Part shown: positions 8,111 to 20,118 of the stretch, in pieces | How the letters are laid out: every line of letters starts with the position of its first letter | Numbering within the stretch: the first letter of the stretch is position 1 | The notes under the pieces: model-generated | Databases searched by the model: none | Seen by the model: only the letters and a program-made list of their open reading frames with translations | Told to the model about the DNA's origin: nothing | Translations under genes and position numbers: made by a program | Assembly: GCA_041740355.1 (NCBI GenBank) | Contig: JBGSMD010000057.1 | Location: forward strand, 1-30,378 | Direction: 5' to 3' | Length of the DNA: 30,378 bases | Origin: Bdellovibrionota bacterium | GTDB lineage: Bacteria > Bdellovibrionota_C > UBA2361 > CALJRW01

Positions 8111-8874
8111 TAAACAAATTCAGCGATATGATGCTTTATTTTACAGTAAATTAATCCTGAACCTAGGGCACTTATTAATGAGATAACAGTTGCAAATATG
8201 ACAATCAAAATATTTCCCTCGCCAAAAATAATAATCCGACTTGCTTCTATAAAATAATAAAAAGGATTAAATAAATTAATACTACTGCTATTAGTAGCAA
8301 TATAAAAAATTGGCGTCAGAAACCATAAGATCTGCATTACAATTCCCCAGATATCTAGTAAATCAACAACAAAAATTCTTATAATTGCCAAAATTAAGCC
8401 AATTGAAAACGCGAAGAGACTGATAAATATCAAAAAAAATAAATATAAGAATATATTAAGAATATTTATATGATAATAAATCATCATAAAAATAAATATT
8501 AAAATTTCAAAAAAATGTGAAAAAATTGTTTCAAATAGTCTGTGTAAAGGGAGAATGAAATTATTTAAATCGGTATTTTTAATAAAACTGGCATTACCTA
8601 CAAATGAATTCGCAATTAATACAGTGCATTTTTTTATAAAATTAAATATTACCAGCCCAATAAACAAATACATTGGGTAATTAGGGACTTCAACTATTAC
8701 ATATTGCTTAATATGTAATAAAACTAAAAAAATCACTAATGGATTTAATAAATACCAAAAAATACCCAGCAAACTACCTTCATTCCTTAATAGAAAACTT
8801 TTCTTAGCAAGGACAATCGCTGAATTAGTAATGCCTCTATAATTGTGAAATGATAATCCGATCTTAGTGATCAT
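8110..8874 (-). CDS. wzm: Polysaccharide ABC exporter permease (Wzm/TagG-like)
   Basis: GSLLGIFWYLLNP, LTPIFY and NPFYYFIE motifs, about 6 hydrophobic segments. Confidence 0.85.
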   Translation of the reverse strand: MITKIGLSFHNYRGITNSAIVLAKKSFLLRNEGSLLGIFWYLLNPLVIFLVLLHIKQYVIVEVPNYPMYLFIGLVIFNFIKKCTVLIANSFVGNASFIKNTDLNNFILPLHRLFETIFSHFFEILIFIFMMIYYHINILNIFLYLFFLIFISLFAFSIGLILAIIRIFVVDLLDIWGIVMQILWFLTPIFYIATNSSSINLFNPFYYFIEASRIIIFGEGNILIVIFATVISLISALGSGLIYCKIKHHIAEFV

Positions 8875-9042
8875 AAATTCAAGTAAAAAGAACTCATACT
8901 ATCAACTACTAAACGTGTGCTTCATCAGCGCTTTAGGGCTAACTTATTTTGTTGAAATCTTAATTACAAAAAAGACATGCAACCTTTCGCTATTAATCTT
9001 ATTCAAATTAATTTCCCAAGCTCCAATTCTAAAATTAGTATG

Positions 9043-9110
9043 TCTAAAAAGTAATTTCTGTAGGAATTACTTTTTGGGGCTTCCTATCCACCAGAGGGAC
9101 AATAAAATTA
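9043..9110. repeat. Palindromic element family A, copy 2
   Basis: CTAAAAAGTAATT-TCTGTAGG-AATTACTTTTTGG then TATCCACCAGAGGGACAATAAAATTA. Abuts the GT87 stop codon. Confidence 0.8.
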
Positions 9111-10268
9111 TCAAGACAGATTATATTCTAATCTTTCACTTCGATAATATGCCCATAAACCTAAAACTAAAATAAATATTGGATAAACAATACAACTTTT
9201 TTGAACTAAATCAAAAGCGTAGTTAATTCCTAAAGCCAACATTAAAATTATAATTAGGTAGGGCTGAAAATATTTCTTACTAAGAAGAAAAACTAATGCC
9301 GGAAGTAGTAAAACGAAATCATAACTAAAACCATAGGGAGTTGTTAAAAGGCTAATCGGAATAACAATTAAGATTATTGCTAAATAGTAATTTTTTAATG
9401 TTAAAAAATAAATTGAGGAGAATGCCAAAGTTATTACTATACAAATAATACGAGCATAAGGATTATGTGGGAATAATAAATCTGCCAGAACTGGTTGGTT
9501 CCAATGCAGCAAGGGATTCAGTCTTTTAATTGCTAAATTCAAAGCTGCTTCGTAATCTATCGATTCAATAGTAATTATTAAGTAAACGACAATACAAAAT
9601 ATTAATCCCCCAAGCACCTTGGCAGCTAGCTGGTATCTTCTTAAAGTTATAATAAATAAATAAAAGTATAATAAATATAAAGCTTGGGGTTTCATTACAC
9701 TAATAGCAATACATAGCCCTGCAAATAAATACCGAGATCGCTGAAATTTTTCTGAAAAACTATTTTTATGGAAAAAGATTAAGAACGAGACTAAACTCAA
9801 CAATTGAATCCAGGATATCTGACCTGACCGAAACATATCTCTTAAGGGACCAAATAATGCTAAACTAGTAAAAACTAAGGCTAAGGATATTCGACTGTCA
9901 ACTTTAAATTTACTAATCCAGGCAATTATTGTGAAAGCAAAGCTAAAGGAAAATGCAGCTATAAATTTGTTAAGATATGAAAATTGCTCAAACTCAAGCT
10001 TACCCGGAAAATAAAAAAAGAGTTTTGCCCAAATGGGATAGGTATCTAGAACCTTTTTACCATCAAATAAATGTTCACTCCTAATTACGCTACAATTGGA
10101 ATTACCAATATTAACCTCTAGATTGCAAGAGGCTAACCAAAAATACATAGAGTCTTCGGAAGCTCTACTCCATAAAAAGCTTGATACGGCTGCAATCAGC
10201 AAACAAATAGCAAAAGTAATCGCGAAATTCTTATTAAAATCATTAAGTTTTATTCTATTCATTATCAC
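9111..10268 (-). CDS. GT87/DUF2029-like polytopic membrane glycosyltransferase (GT-C)
   Basis: Early D..YFW.A, YP, GQ, MKPQ and PYGFSYD motifs, many transmembrane segments. Confidence 0.7.
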   Translation of the reverse strand: MIMNRIKLNDFNKNFAITFAICLLIAAVSSFLWSRASEDSMYFWLASCNLEVNIGNSNCSVIRSEHLFDGKKVLDTYPIWAKLFFYFPGKLEFEQFSYLNKFIAAFSFSFAFTIIAWISKFKVDSRISLALVFTSLALFGPLRDMFRSGQISWIQLLSLVSFLIFFHKNSFSEKFQRSRYLFAGLCIAISVMKPQALYLLYFYLFIITLRRYQLAAKVLGGLIFCIVVYLIITIESIDYEAALNLAIKRLNPLLHWNQPVLADLLFPHNPYARIICIVITLAFSSIYFLTLKNYYLAIILIVIPISLLTTPYGFSYDFVLLLPALVFLLSKKYFQPYLIIILMLALGINYAFDLVQKSCIVYPIFILVLGLWAYYRSERLEYNLS

Positions 10269-10696
10269 TTAACGGAATAGATTATTCAGTCAACTTTGCC
10301 TAGATCCTAAAATTCAGCAATTATCATCATCACTTTTGCAGTTCAGGAGTTCTGCAATCACCTTTATCACTAGTTGGGTGGTGAGCTCGAAATAATCAAT
10401 AAAGTTTATGCTTATCAGCTGAAAGGCTTAATATTACTAAAATGATTAAGAAAATTTCTATCTAATTAGGTAATATACTAGTTTTTTCTAAATATAACTT
10501 AGGATATCTAAAAACTGAATCAGCCTACTCAGATTTAAAGTATTGATATTTAGAGTTAAGAGGACTAAAATCATGAGATAAGCATCAAAAAAATAGATTT
10601 CCACTATGGAAGTTATTTTTGGATATATTGCTTGCTGGATTTAAATATTGATCTTGAAAATCAACATTTATTAGTTTTTCATATTCTGGTTTTTCC

Positions 10697-10721
10697 CCTT
10701 CGTTCAGCTACGGAGCGCAAG
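10697..10721 (+). repeat. REP-like mini-element family C, copy 3 (diverged)
   Basis: CCTTCGTTCAGCTACGGAGCGCAAG, a GC-rich patch in an AT-rich intergenic region, aligns to copies 1 and 2. Confidence 0.6.
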
Positions 10722-10918
10722 TAACTAGTTTGGAATGACTAAAAACAACAATGATAATTAAGCCAAACTGATTTCTGGAAAAATTTTTCGGAAATACATT
10801 TTGGATTAACCAATTAATCTTAGCTAAGATTTTTCGACTAAAGTGGATTTAGAAGTAGCTCTTTTTATGAAATGTCTAACTTTTTTTCAATAAAATTTTA
10901 TCTTAATAATTGAATTTC

Positions 10919-11425
10919 ATGCTTAAAAGTAATGCATCTGCTGGCTTCACTTTAATTGAACTTTTAGTTACAGTAGCAATAGTAGCTATTTTAGCTTCAA
11001 CCGCTGTTGCTGTTTATGAGGAATATCGAGTTGCTGCCTTTAACTCAGAAGCCTTATCTGCACAAAATTTATTAAGAACCGCAGCTGAGGTTCTTCAAGG
11101 AGACTTGCTGGAGTCAGAATGCCCCTCAAGTCCTTGCACTACTATTTGTTCCAACGAATCAGGTTCCTTTTCCTGTTCAGGAACTTTAGTAGATAAAGCA
11201 ACAGCTCTTATTCCAGCTGCAGTCCGAAATAATCCAAACTTAAAATTTGTAATGTCAGTTTCTGATAAATGGGGTCCAAGCAATGATATTCCAATTTTAG
11301 TTGATACCTATCATTGTAAGGGAGATAAATACTTTAGCTCTAGTGTATACGGAAGTGAAGGAAATTTAAGTTTTTATGATTCTAAAAAAACTGACTTTGC
11401 AGCTCCTTGGGGAAATTGCCCATAA
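10919..11425 (+). CDS. Type IV pilin-like protein
   Basis: Prepilin cleavage motif G|FTLIELLVTVAIVAILAS, Cys-rich variable domain. ATG at 10919 preferred over TTG at 10910. Confidence 0.88.
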   Translation: MLKSNASAGFTLIELLVTVAIVAILASTAVAVYEEYRVAAFNSEALSAQNLLRTAAEVLQGDLLESECPSSPCTTICSNESGSFSCSGTLVDKATALIPAAVRNNPNLKFVMSVSDKWGPSNDIPILVDTYHCKGDKYFSSSVYGSEGNLSFYDSKKTDFAAPWGNCP

Positions 11426-11589
11426 GTTCATTTTCAACAAACTAAAAACTTACTATAAGATCTAATATTTATTCATTAAGTTTCTATATTTGATGAAGAT
11501 GTCAGATAAATTGATAACTCTATAATTCACAAAATTTTATAAAATGAAATCCAATTAGGAATTATGTATTCTATAAGTAAAATTACTCA

Positions 11590-12909
11590 ATGAATTTTTA
11601 TTATCTTTTTCCAATATTTGGTATATTTATTAATTTTGGTTTAATAATATTTGCAGTAGTCAATAATTTTTGGCTTGAACACTTACTCTTTGTCCTATTA
11701 TTACCATTTTTATTTCACTATCTTACAAGCTATTTTTCACTATTATTTTGGCGAGATCCCTGTAATTCTAATAAGAAAGCAATGAGAGCATTTCTTGATA
11801 ATGGTTGGAACAATGATTGTCGTTTAATAATTACCTATCTTTCTAAGGGAATAAATGCAGAATGCTTAGAAGAGTCCCTATTAAAAACTCTTAAATGCAT
11901 AACTAAATATCCAATTAATTTTGAAATTGAAGTTGTTACTGATATCCCGATTCATTTTTCATCAATCAATAATAAATCAGTTACCTTTGTAGTTGTTCCA
12001 GAAGACTTTATAACACCACAAGGCTCCCTCTTTAAAGCTAGGGCAAGCCAATATGCAATCATTCAGCGTAATGAACGATATTCAGATTTATCAAATAAAT
12101 GGATTTTGCACTTAGATGAAGAAAGTATCTTGGATATTTCAGCACTAGCAGGAATAAATGAATTTATTAATTCCCCAAAAACAATAAACAACATTGGACA
12201 GGGAGAAATTCAATATAATGCAAAAAATTATGGTAAGAATTTAATACCTACCGTTGTTGATAGCGTGCGAACAACTCATGATTTAGGTTTCTTTAGATTC
12301 CAATATAAATTACTTAAAGCTCCACTAATTGGAATTCATGGTTCATTTCTTTTAATTCCAGCTAATGTGGAAAACCAAGTTGGTTTTGATTGGGGTCCTG
12401 AGTCCTCGGTCACAGAAGATTTAGCATTTGGACTTCAAGCCTATCAGGCTGGATTTAAATTTGGCTGGATAAACGGCTTTATTAGAGAGCAATCTCCTTT
12501 GAGTATTGTTGATATTATTAAACAACGAAAAAGGTGGATCAATGGCATTAGTTTGATTTTAATCGACAAACGATATCAATTAAAGTATCGACTAATATTA
12601 GCCTCTTTCTTGGGCCTCTGGAGAATAGCCCTATTTTCAACTATCGCCCTTTTTATCTATTCCTTGAATACTGCAGGTAATTTAGCTTTTATTACTTGTT
12701 TCTTATTTTTGATGAATTTTATCTGCTTCCAATATTTACTTGGCGCGTATCGTAATCTAAAATTTATTGAGTGGGAATATAAACAAAAGGTAATTTTTAT
12801 GACCAAAGTCTTATTATTATCACCCCTTTGTGTTCTGATTGAGACAGTCAGCCTGATTTATGCTCTTCTGTGTCCTTCAAAAGAATTTTATATTATTAGA
12901 AAGTTGTAA
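11590..12909 (+). CDS. GT2 membrane glycosyltransferase, egghead/BRE-3 (beta-1,4-mannosyltransferase)-like
   Basis: IEVVTD, LFKARA, WILHLDEES, GQG.I.Y, TED, EQSP and QRKRW motifs, with N- and C-terminal transmembrane segments. Confidence 0.8.
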   Translation: MNFYYLFPIFGIFINFGLIIFAVVNNFWLEHLLFVLLLPFLFHYLTSYFSLLFWRDPCNSNKKAMRAFLDNGWNNDCRLIITYLSKGINAECLEESLLKTLKCITKYPINFEIEVVTDIPIHFSSINNKSVTFVVVPEDFITPQGSLFKARASQYAIIQRNERYSDLSNKWILHLDEESILDISALAGINEFINSPKTINNIGQGEIQYNAKNYGKNLIPTVVDSVRTTHDLGFFRFQYKLLKAPLIGIHGSFLLIPANVENQVGFDWGPESSVTEDLAFGLQAYQAGFKFGWINGFIREQSPLSIVDIIKQRKRWINGISLILIDKRYQLKYRLILASFLGLWRIALFSTIALFIYSLNTAGNLAFITCFLFLMNFICFQYLLGAYRNLKFIEWEYKQKVIFMTKVLLLSPLCVLIETVSLIYALLCPSKEFYIIRKL

Positions 12910-12970
12910 TTAATTACTGCTTGGTGATCTATGTTCCATTTTTAGTAGATTCAACTTTGGTCAGTAATTG

Positions 12971-16197
<3,227 letters not shown>

Positions 16198-16356
16198 GAT
16201 CTATTTTTACCAGTAGGTCTAACTTTTCTTTAATTGAATTAAATACTTAGTCTTTGAAACTGTTTATAATTTGAATGCATCTTATAATCCTACCCTAGCG
16301 AGATAATGACAACAATACTAAGGTGGAATAATTAATATCAGACAAGGGAGACTGCC

Positions 16357-18027
16357 ATTACTACTTCAATTGAACCACAATCAAAAACTGAAAATCAATT
16401 AATTGGTAAAGTAATTCAAGTTACTGCTGACAATATCACTATTCAAAATAACTTGATTTTTAGCGAACAAGTTACTGCTACAGAGAACAATAATCTAAAG
16501 ATTGGAACTTTTCTAATTGTCCCTGGAAAGGATTATATTGTCTTGGGACAAATTACAGGACTTTCCGTATTGAACTCGGATGATTTAAAGATTCAAACTG
16601 CAATTACTGCTCAACTGTTGTTAAGTGTACAATTAAAAACAGCTAAAGTTTTCCATGGGATTATTGAGCAACCACAAATTGGAACTAATGCCATTGTAGC
16701 TACTTCTGAAATTTTAAAATTAATTACAAATCCAGCTGCGAATGCCACACTTAAAGACAACTCCGTTAGTTTATTAATTGCCAATCTTCAAAATACGACA
16801 AATATTCCCGTATCAATCTCACCAGAAACTTTATTTGGTAGACACTGTGCCATTATTGGAACTACTGGAGCCGGCAAAAGTTGGACAATTGCTAGAATCT
16901 TAGAAGAAGCATCTCGTTATCAATCAAAGATTATACTGTTTGATGCTACTGGTGAATATCAAGAAATTTCTAATAAAGTAAGACATGTCTATCTTGGTAA
17001 TGATCCTGAGCCCCCAGCTAATTCAGAAGAAGTTGTTTTGCCTTACTATTACCTAACTGAAAACGATCTCTTTGCTATCTTTCAACCAAACGGAGAAAGC
17101 CAAGCACCAAAATTAAGAGCAGCCATTAAAAGTTTAAAACTCGCTAACCTCAGACCCGAAATTGCCGTTGGTGGTAAAATTATCAAAGCTAATCGATCAA
17201 AGCTTGCCTATGAAAATGCTTATCAACAATTTGCTAAGGAACTAGATAAGAATGGTGTTTACTTTGATATTAATTCTTTACCACGTCAAATTGAAAATGA
17301 GTGTGTGGTTCCAGTCCAGAGTTCAGTGGAGAGTAATTCTTGGGGAGCCATTGATGGCAATGATCGCTCGGCTTGTGTGCCCCTAGTTTCTCGCATGGAT
17401 GAAATGTTACGATCGGATACTCTTGCTCCGATTTTTAGACCTCAAGGTAAGCAATCACTATTAAAAGTTATTGCCGATTTTCTAGATGATGACTCCAGTG
17501 CAATTTTAAGAATTTCACTGGAATACTTATCTTACGATCACCATGCTCGGGAACTTGTAACCAATGCCGCGGGCCGCTACTTATTAAATCTAGCTCGAAA
17601 AAATTATTTCAAGCAACAGCCAACACTAATTTTACTAGATGAAGCACATCAATTTTTAAATCTAGAAATTAATAATGAAGATTTAAACTATGCCCTAGAC
17701 TCATTTGCAATTTTAGCGAAAGAAGGAAGGAAGTATGGAGTAAATCTTTGTATTTCTACACAACGACCTAGAGACATTCCTGAAGGTGTAATTAGTCAAA
17801 TGGGAACATTAATAGTTCATCGATTAATTAACGACTATGACCGAAGTTTAGTAGAACGTGCTTGTGGACAATTAGATCATCGTACAGTGCAAATGCTCCC
17901 AAATTTAACAGCTGGTGAAGCTATTTTAGTGGGCGCAGACTTTCCTATTCCACTAATGATTAAAGTTATTCCAGCTAGATGTAAACCAAATTCAGCAGGG
18001 CCAGATTATCAAAACTATTGGAAATAA
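16357..18027 (+). CDS. HerA/DUF87-family ATPase (FtsK-HerA superfamily)
   Basis: GTTGAGKS Walker A, DATGEY, LLDEAH Walker B, AKEGRKYG, TQRP. The frame is open upstream of the track start (16453) and includes IGKVIQV. Start uncertain; ATT at 16357 proposed. Confidence 0.88.
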   Translation: MTTSIEPQSKTENQLIGKVIQVTADNITIQNNLIFSEQVTATENNNLKIGTFLIVPGKDYIVLGQITGLSVLNSDDLKIQTAITAQLLLSVQLKTAKVFHGIIEQPQIGTNAIVATSEILKLITNPAANATLKDNSVSLLIANLQNTTNIPVSISPETLFGRHCAIIGTTGAGKSWTIARILEEASRYQSKIILFDATGEYQEISNKVRHVYLGNDPEPPANSEEVVLPYYYLTENDLFAIFQPNGESQAPKLRAAIKSLKLANLRPEIAVGGKIIKANRSKLAYENAYQQFAKELDKNGVYFDINSLPRQIENECVVPVQSSVESNSWGAIDGNDRSACVPLVSRMDEMLRSDTLAPIFRPQGKQSLLKVIADFLDDDSSAILRISLEYLSYDHHARELVTNAAGRYLLNLARKNYFKQQPTLILLDEAHQFLNLEINNEDLNYALDSFAILAKEGRKYGVNLCISTQRPRDIPEGVISQMGTLIVHRLINDYDRSLVERACGQLDHRTVQMLPNLTAGEAILVGADFPIPLMIKVIPARCKPNSAGPDYQNYWK

Positions 18028-18137
18028 CCTACTATTTTGCTTCATTTTGAAAAGTTTTCTCCATTTGTAATTTTTTTGAAGCAACTAGCAATACACCTTT
18101 GATGAACCAAGACGCAGGTTTTTCAATAAGGTAATTT

Positions 18138-20045
18138 ATGTTGTTCAAAAAATCCACCCTATTCCTAGTAATCGCAATACAAATATTATTGGCCGTGAGC
18201 TTTGTTTCCGCTCAAAGTCCCTCAAATTCAGACTTTGGGAAATTAGTCATCAATGGTCAAGAACCCCTAGATTTTCAATCGATAGAAAAATGGGTCTACC
18301 CTTTTGGTGGAACGTCTGACCGACTGGCAATTTACTTTAGCAAAGATACAAGATTTGAGCTGATTACTGGCCCTGGTTTTGAAGCTGGGGATCAAATTCA
18401 CCGTTTTGAATTAGATACTTTTTTAAATGACCGTGATAATCATAAGGGATGCCAAGGTGACGCCAAGGTAATCTCTGTACAATGGGATGGAATCTCCCCC
18501 TATGGAATAACAAGTCTAGAATTGGCTTTTGAAGGAACATGTTACACAGATAACAATACCGTTATTTCGGGGAAAATTTTTTACAATATAGAAGATCACG
18601 CAGTTGCAAAACAACATGTTTCCTTAGTAATTGATGGAGTTGAAACACCAAATCTTAGATCCTTTCATATGTTACCCGATCCAAGCAATCCGTATCCTAC
18701 AGAAAAAGGCATCGGTGCAATGTTTGAAGATGTACAATTTGAATTTTATGCCGATTCAAGATTTACAGCTGGTCATAATTCAGCCTTCACATTGAGTTAT
18801 TACAATCAAGACACTAACATTTATACAGATTCTTGTACTGGTGAGGCGGAAGTTAAATCAGTAGTTTGGAATCAAGAAAAACCATATGTTGTAGATGAAA
18901 TTGAAATCAGTTTCACAGCAAACCGTTGTCAGTATCGATATCTTACTTTTCCTAAAGGCACTTTTTCGATTAAACCTACCGTAATCATCCCGCAAAAAGT
19001 TTCTTTAGTGGTTGATGGATCCGAAACTCCAAACTTTAAATCCCTTCAGATGTTTCCCGATCCAAACACCCCCTATGTTCCTGAAAACTACTTAGGTGCA
19101 ACTTACGAAGATGTACGTTTCGAATTTTATTCCGATTCAGGATTTAAAGCTGGTCATAAATCTAATTTTGGACTTCATTATTACAATGAAATTACAAATG
19201 TTTATAAAGATGGGTGTTATGGTGAGGCTGAAGTTAATTCAGTCGAATGGAATCAAGATAAACCTTATGTTGCGGACGAAATTGAAATCAGCTTCATTGT
19301 TCATTATTGTCAGAATACAAACTTTATTGTTGCTCCGAGAGGGACTTTTTCAATCAAAAAAGTAATTGGGATATGTGAGGCAGACCAAGCTTTAGTTGAT
19401 GAAAATACTAAACTTAAGCAAGGAATTGAAGTTTTAAATAATGAGATTGATCGCTTAAATCTTCAGGTTCAAGATTCTGGTTTAATAATTACAAAACTAG
19501 AATTAGGATTAAAAGAAGCTGAAGGACAAGCAAAGCAATACTACGACAATCTCCAAGCGGAGATCAGACATTATGACGAACTTAAAGAAAGCACTAGAAC
19601 AGAAATTGATAGCTTAAATCTTAAGCTCCAAGATTCTAGTTCAATTATTAGGAAACTAGAATTAGGACTCTCTGAGGTTCAAGCTAAAGCACAACTTTAC
19701 TTTAATGATTTACAAGCTGAAAAGTTGCGTTATGAACAACTTAAAATTAGTTCAACTATCGAGAAAGAAGCGCTTAACAAACAAATTGTAGCACTGAAAA
19801 CTCAATTAGCGGATACCTTGTTAAGACTAGGCAAAAAAGAAACTGAACTTAAGACCGCACTAGCATCGAATGCCTCTCTGACAGCTCAGTTAACAAAAAG
19901 CAAAACTGAGGTAACCTCGCTTAAGTTACAAGTAACAACATTACAGTCTGCTAATCTTAAGTTAAAAACAGAGAATACGACTTTACTTAAGACGATTGAA
20001 GAATTAAAGAAAAAATTACTAAGACAAAGAAAGTTAAGTAAATAA
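18138..20045 (+). CDS. Secreted protein with three tandem ~127-aa domains and a long C-terminal coiled coil
   Basis: Signal peptide ending VSA|Q. Repeats start near 18240, 18618 and 18999 (381-bp period between the last two). A 53-aa duplication lies at 19443/19602. Confidence 0.8.
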   Translation: MLFKKSTLFLVIAIQILLAVSFVSAQSPSNSDFGKLVINGQEPLDFQSIEKWVYPFGGTSDRLAIYFSKDTRFELITGPGFEAGDQIHRFELDTFLNDRDNHKGCQGDAKVISVQWDGISPYGITSLELAFEGTCYTDNNTVISGKIFYNIEDHAVAKQHVSLVIDGVETPNLRSFHMLPDPSNPYPTEKGIGAMFEDVQFEFYADSRFTAGHNSAFTLSYYNQDTNIYTDSCTGEAEVKSVVWNQEKPYVVDEIEISFTANRCQYRYLTFPKGTFSIKPTVIIPQKVSLVVDGSETPNFKSLQMFPDPNTPYVPENYLGATYEDVRFEFYSDSGFKAGHKSNFGLHYYNEITNVYKDGCYGEAEVNSVEWNQDKPYVADEIEISFIVHYCQNTNFIVAPRGTFSIKKVIGICEADQALVDENTKLKQGIEVLNNEIDRLNLQVQDSGLIITKLELGLKEAEGQAKQYYDNLQAEIRHYDELKESTRTEIDSLNLKLQDSSSIIRKLELGLSEVQAKAQLYFNDLQAEKLRYEQLKISSTIEKEALNKQIVALKTQLADTLLRLGKKETELKTALASNASLTAQLTKSKTEVTSLKLQVTTLQSANLKLKTENTTLLKTIEELKKKLLRQRKLSK

Positions 20046-20062
20046 TTTTTTTAAACTAACGA

Positions 20063-20095
20063 CTCTCTAATTAAATTAATCATTTAATTAGAGAG
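20063..20095. terminator. Perfect 14-bp inverted repeat downstream of the coiled-coil gene
   Basis: CTCTCTAATTAAAT-TAATC-ATTTAATTAGAGAG. No U-tract, so terminator function is uncertain. Confidence 0.4.
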
Positions 20096-20118
20096 CACCC
20101 TGACACTTGAATCTTTAA

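Noticed and set aside
8867-9175. 102-aa + strand ORF
   Set aside because: It is antisense to both flanking genes and runs through family A copy 2.
10270-10690. Possible pseudogene fragments in the long intergenic region
   Set aside because: Only short interrupted frames with no recognisable motif; cannot be supported without a search.
18600-19760. Direct repeats as a CRISPR array or DGR template/variable pair
   Set aside because: They are in-frame protein domain duplications with no spacers. Differences are not adenine-specific and no reverse transcriptase or cas gene is present.
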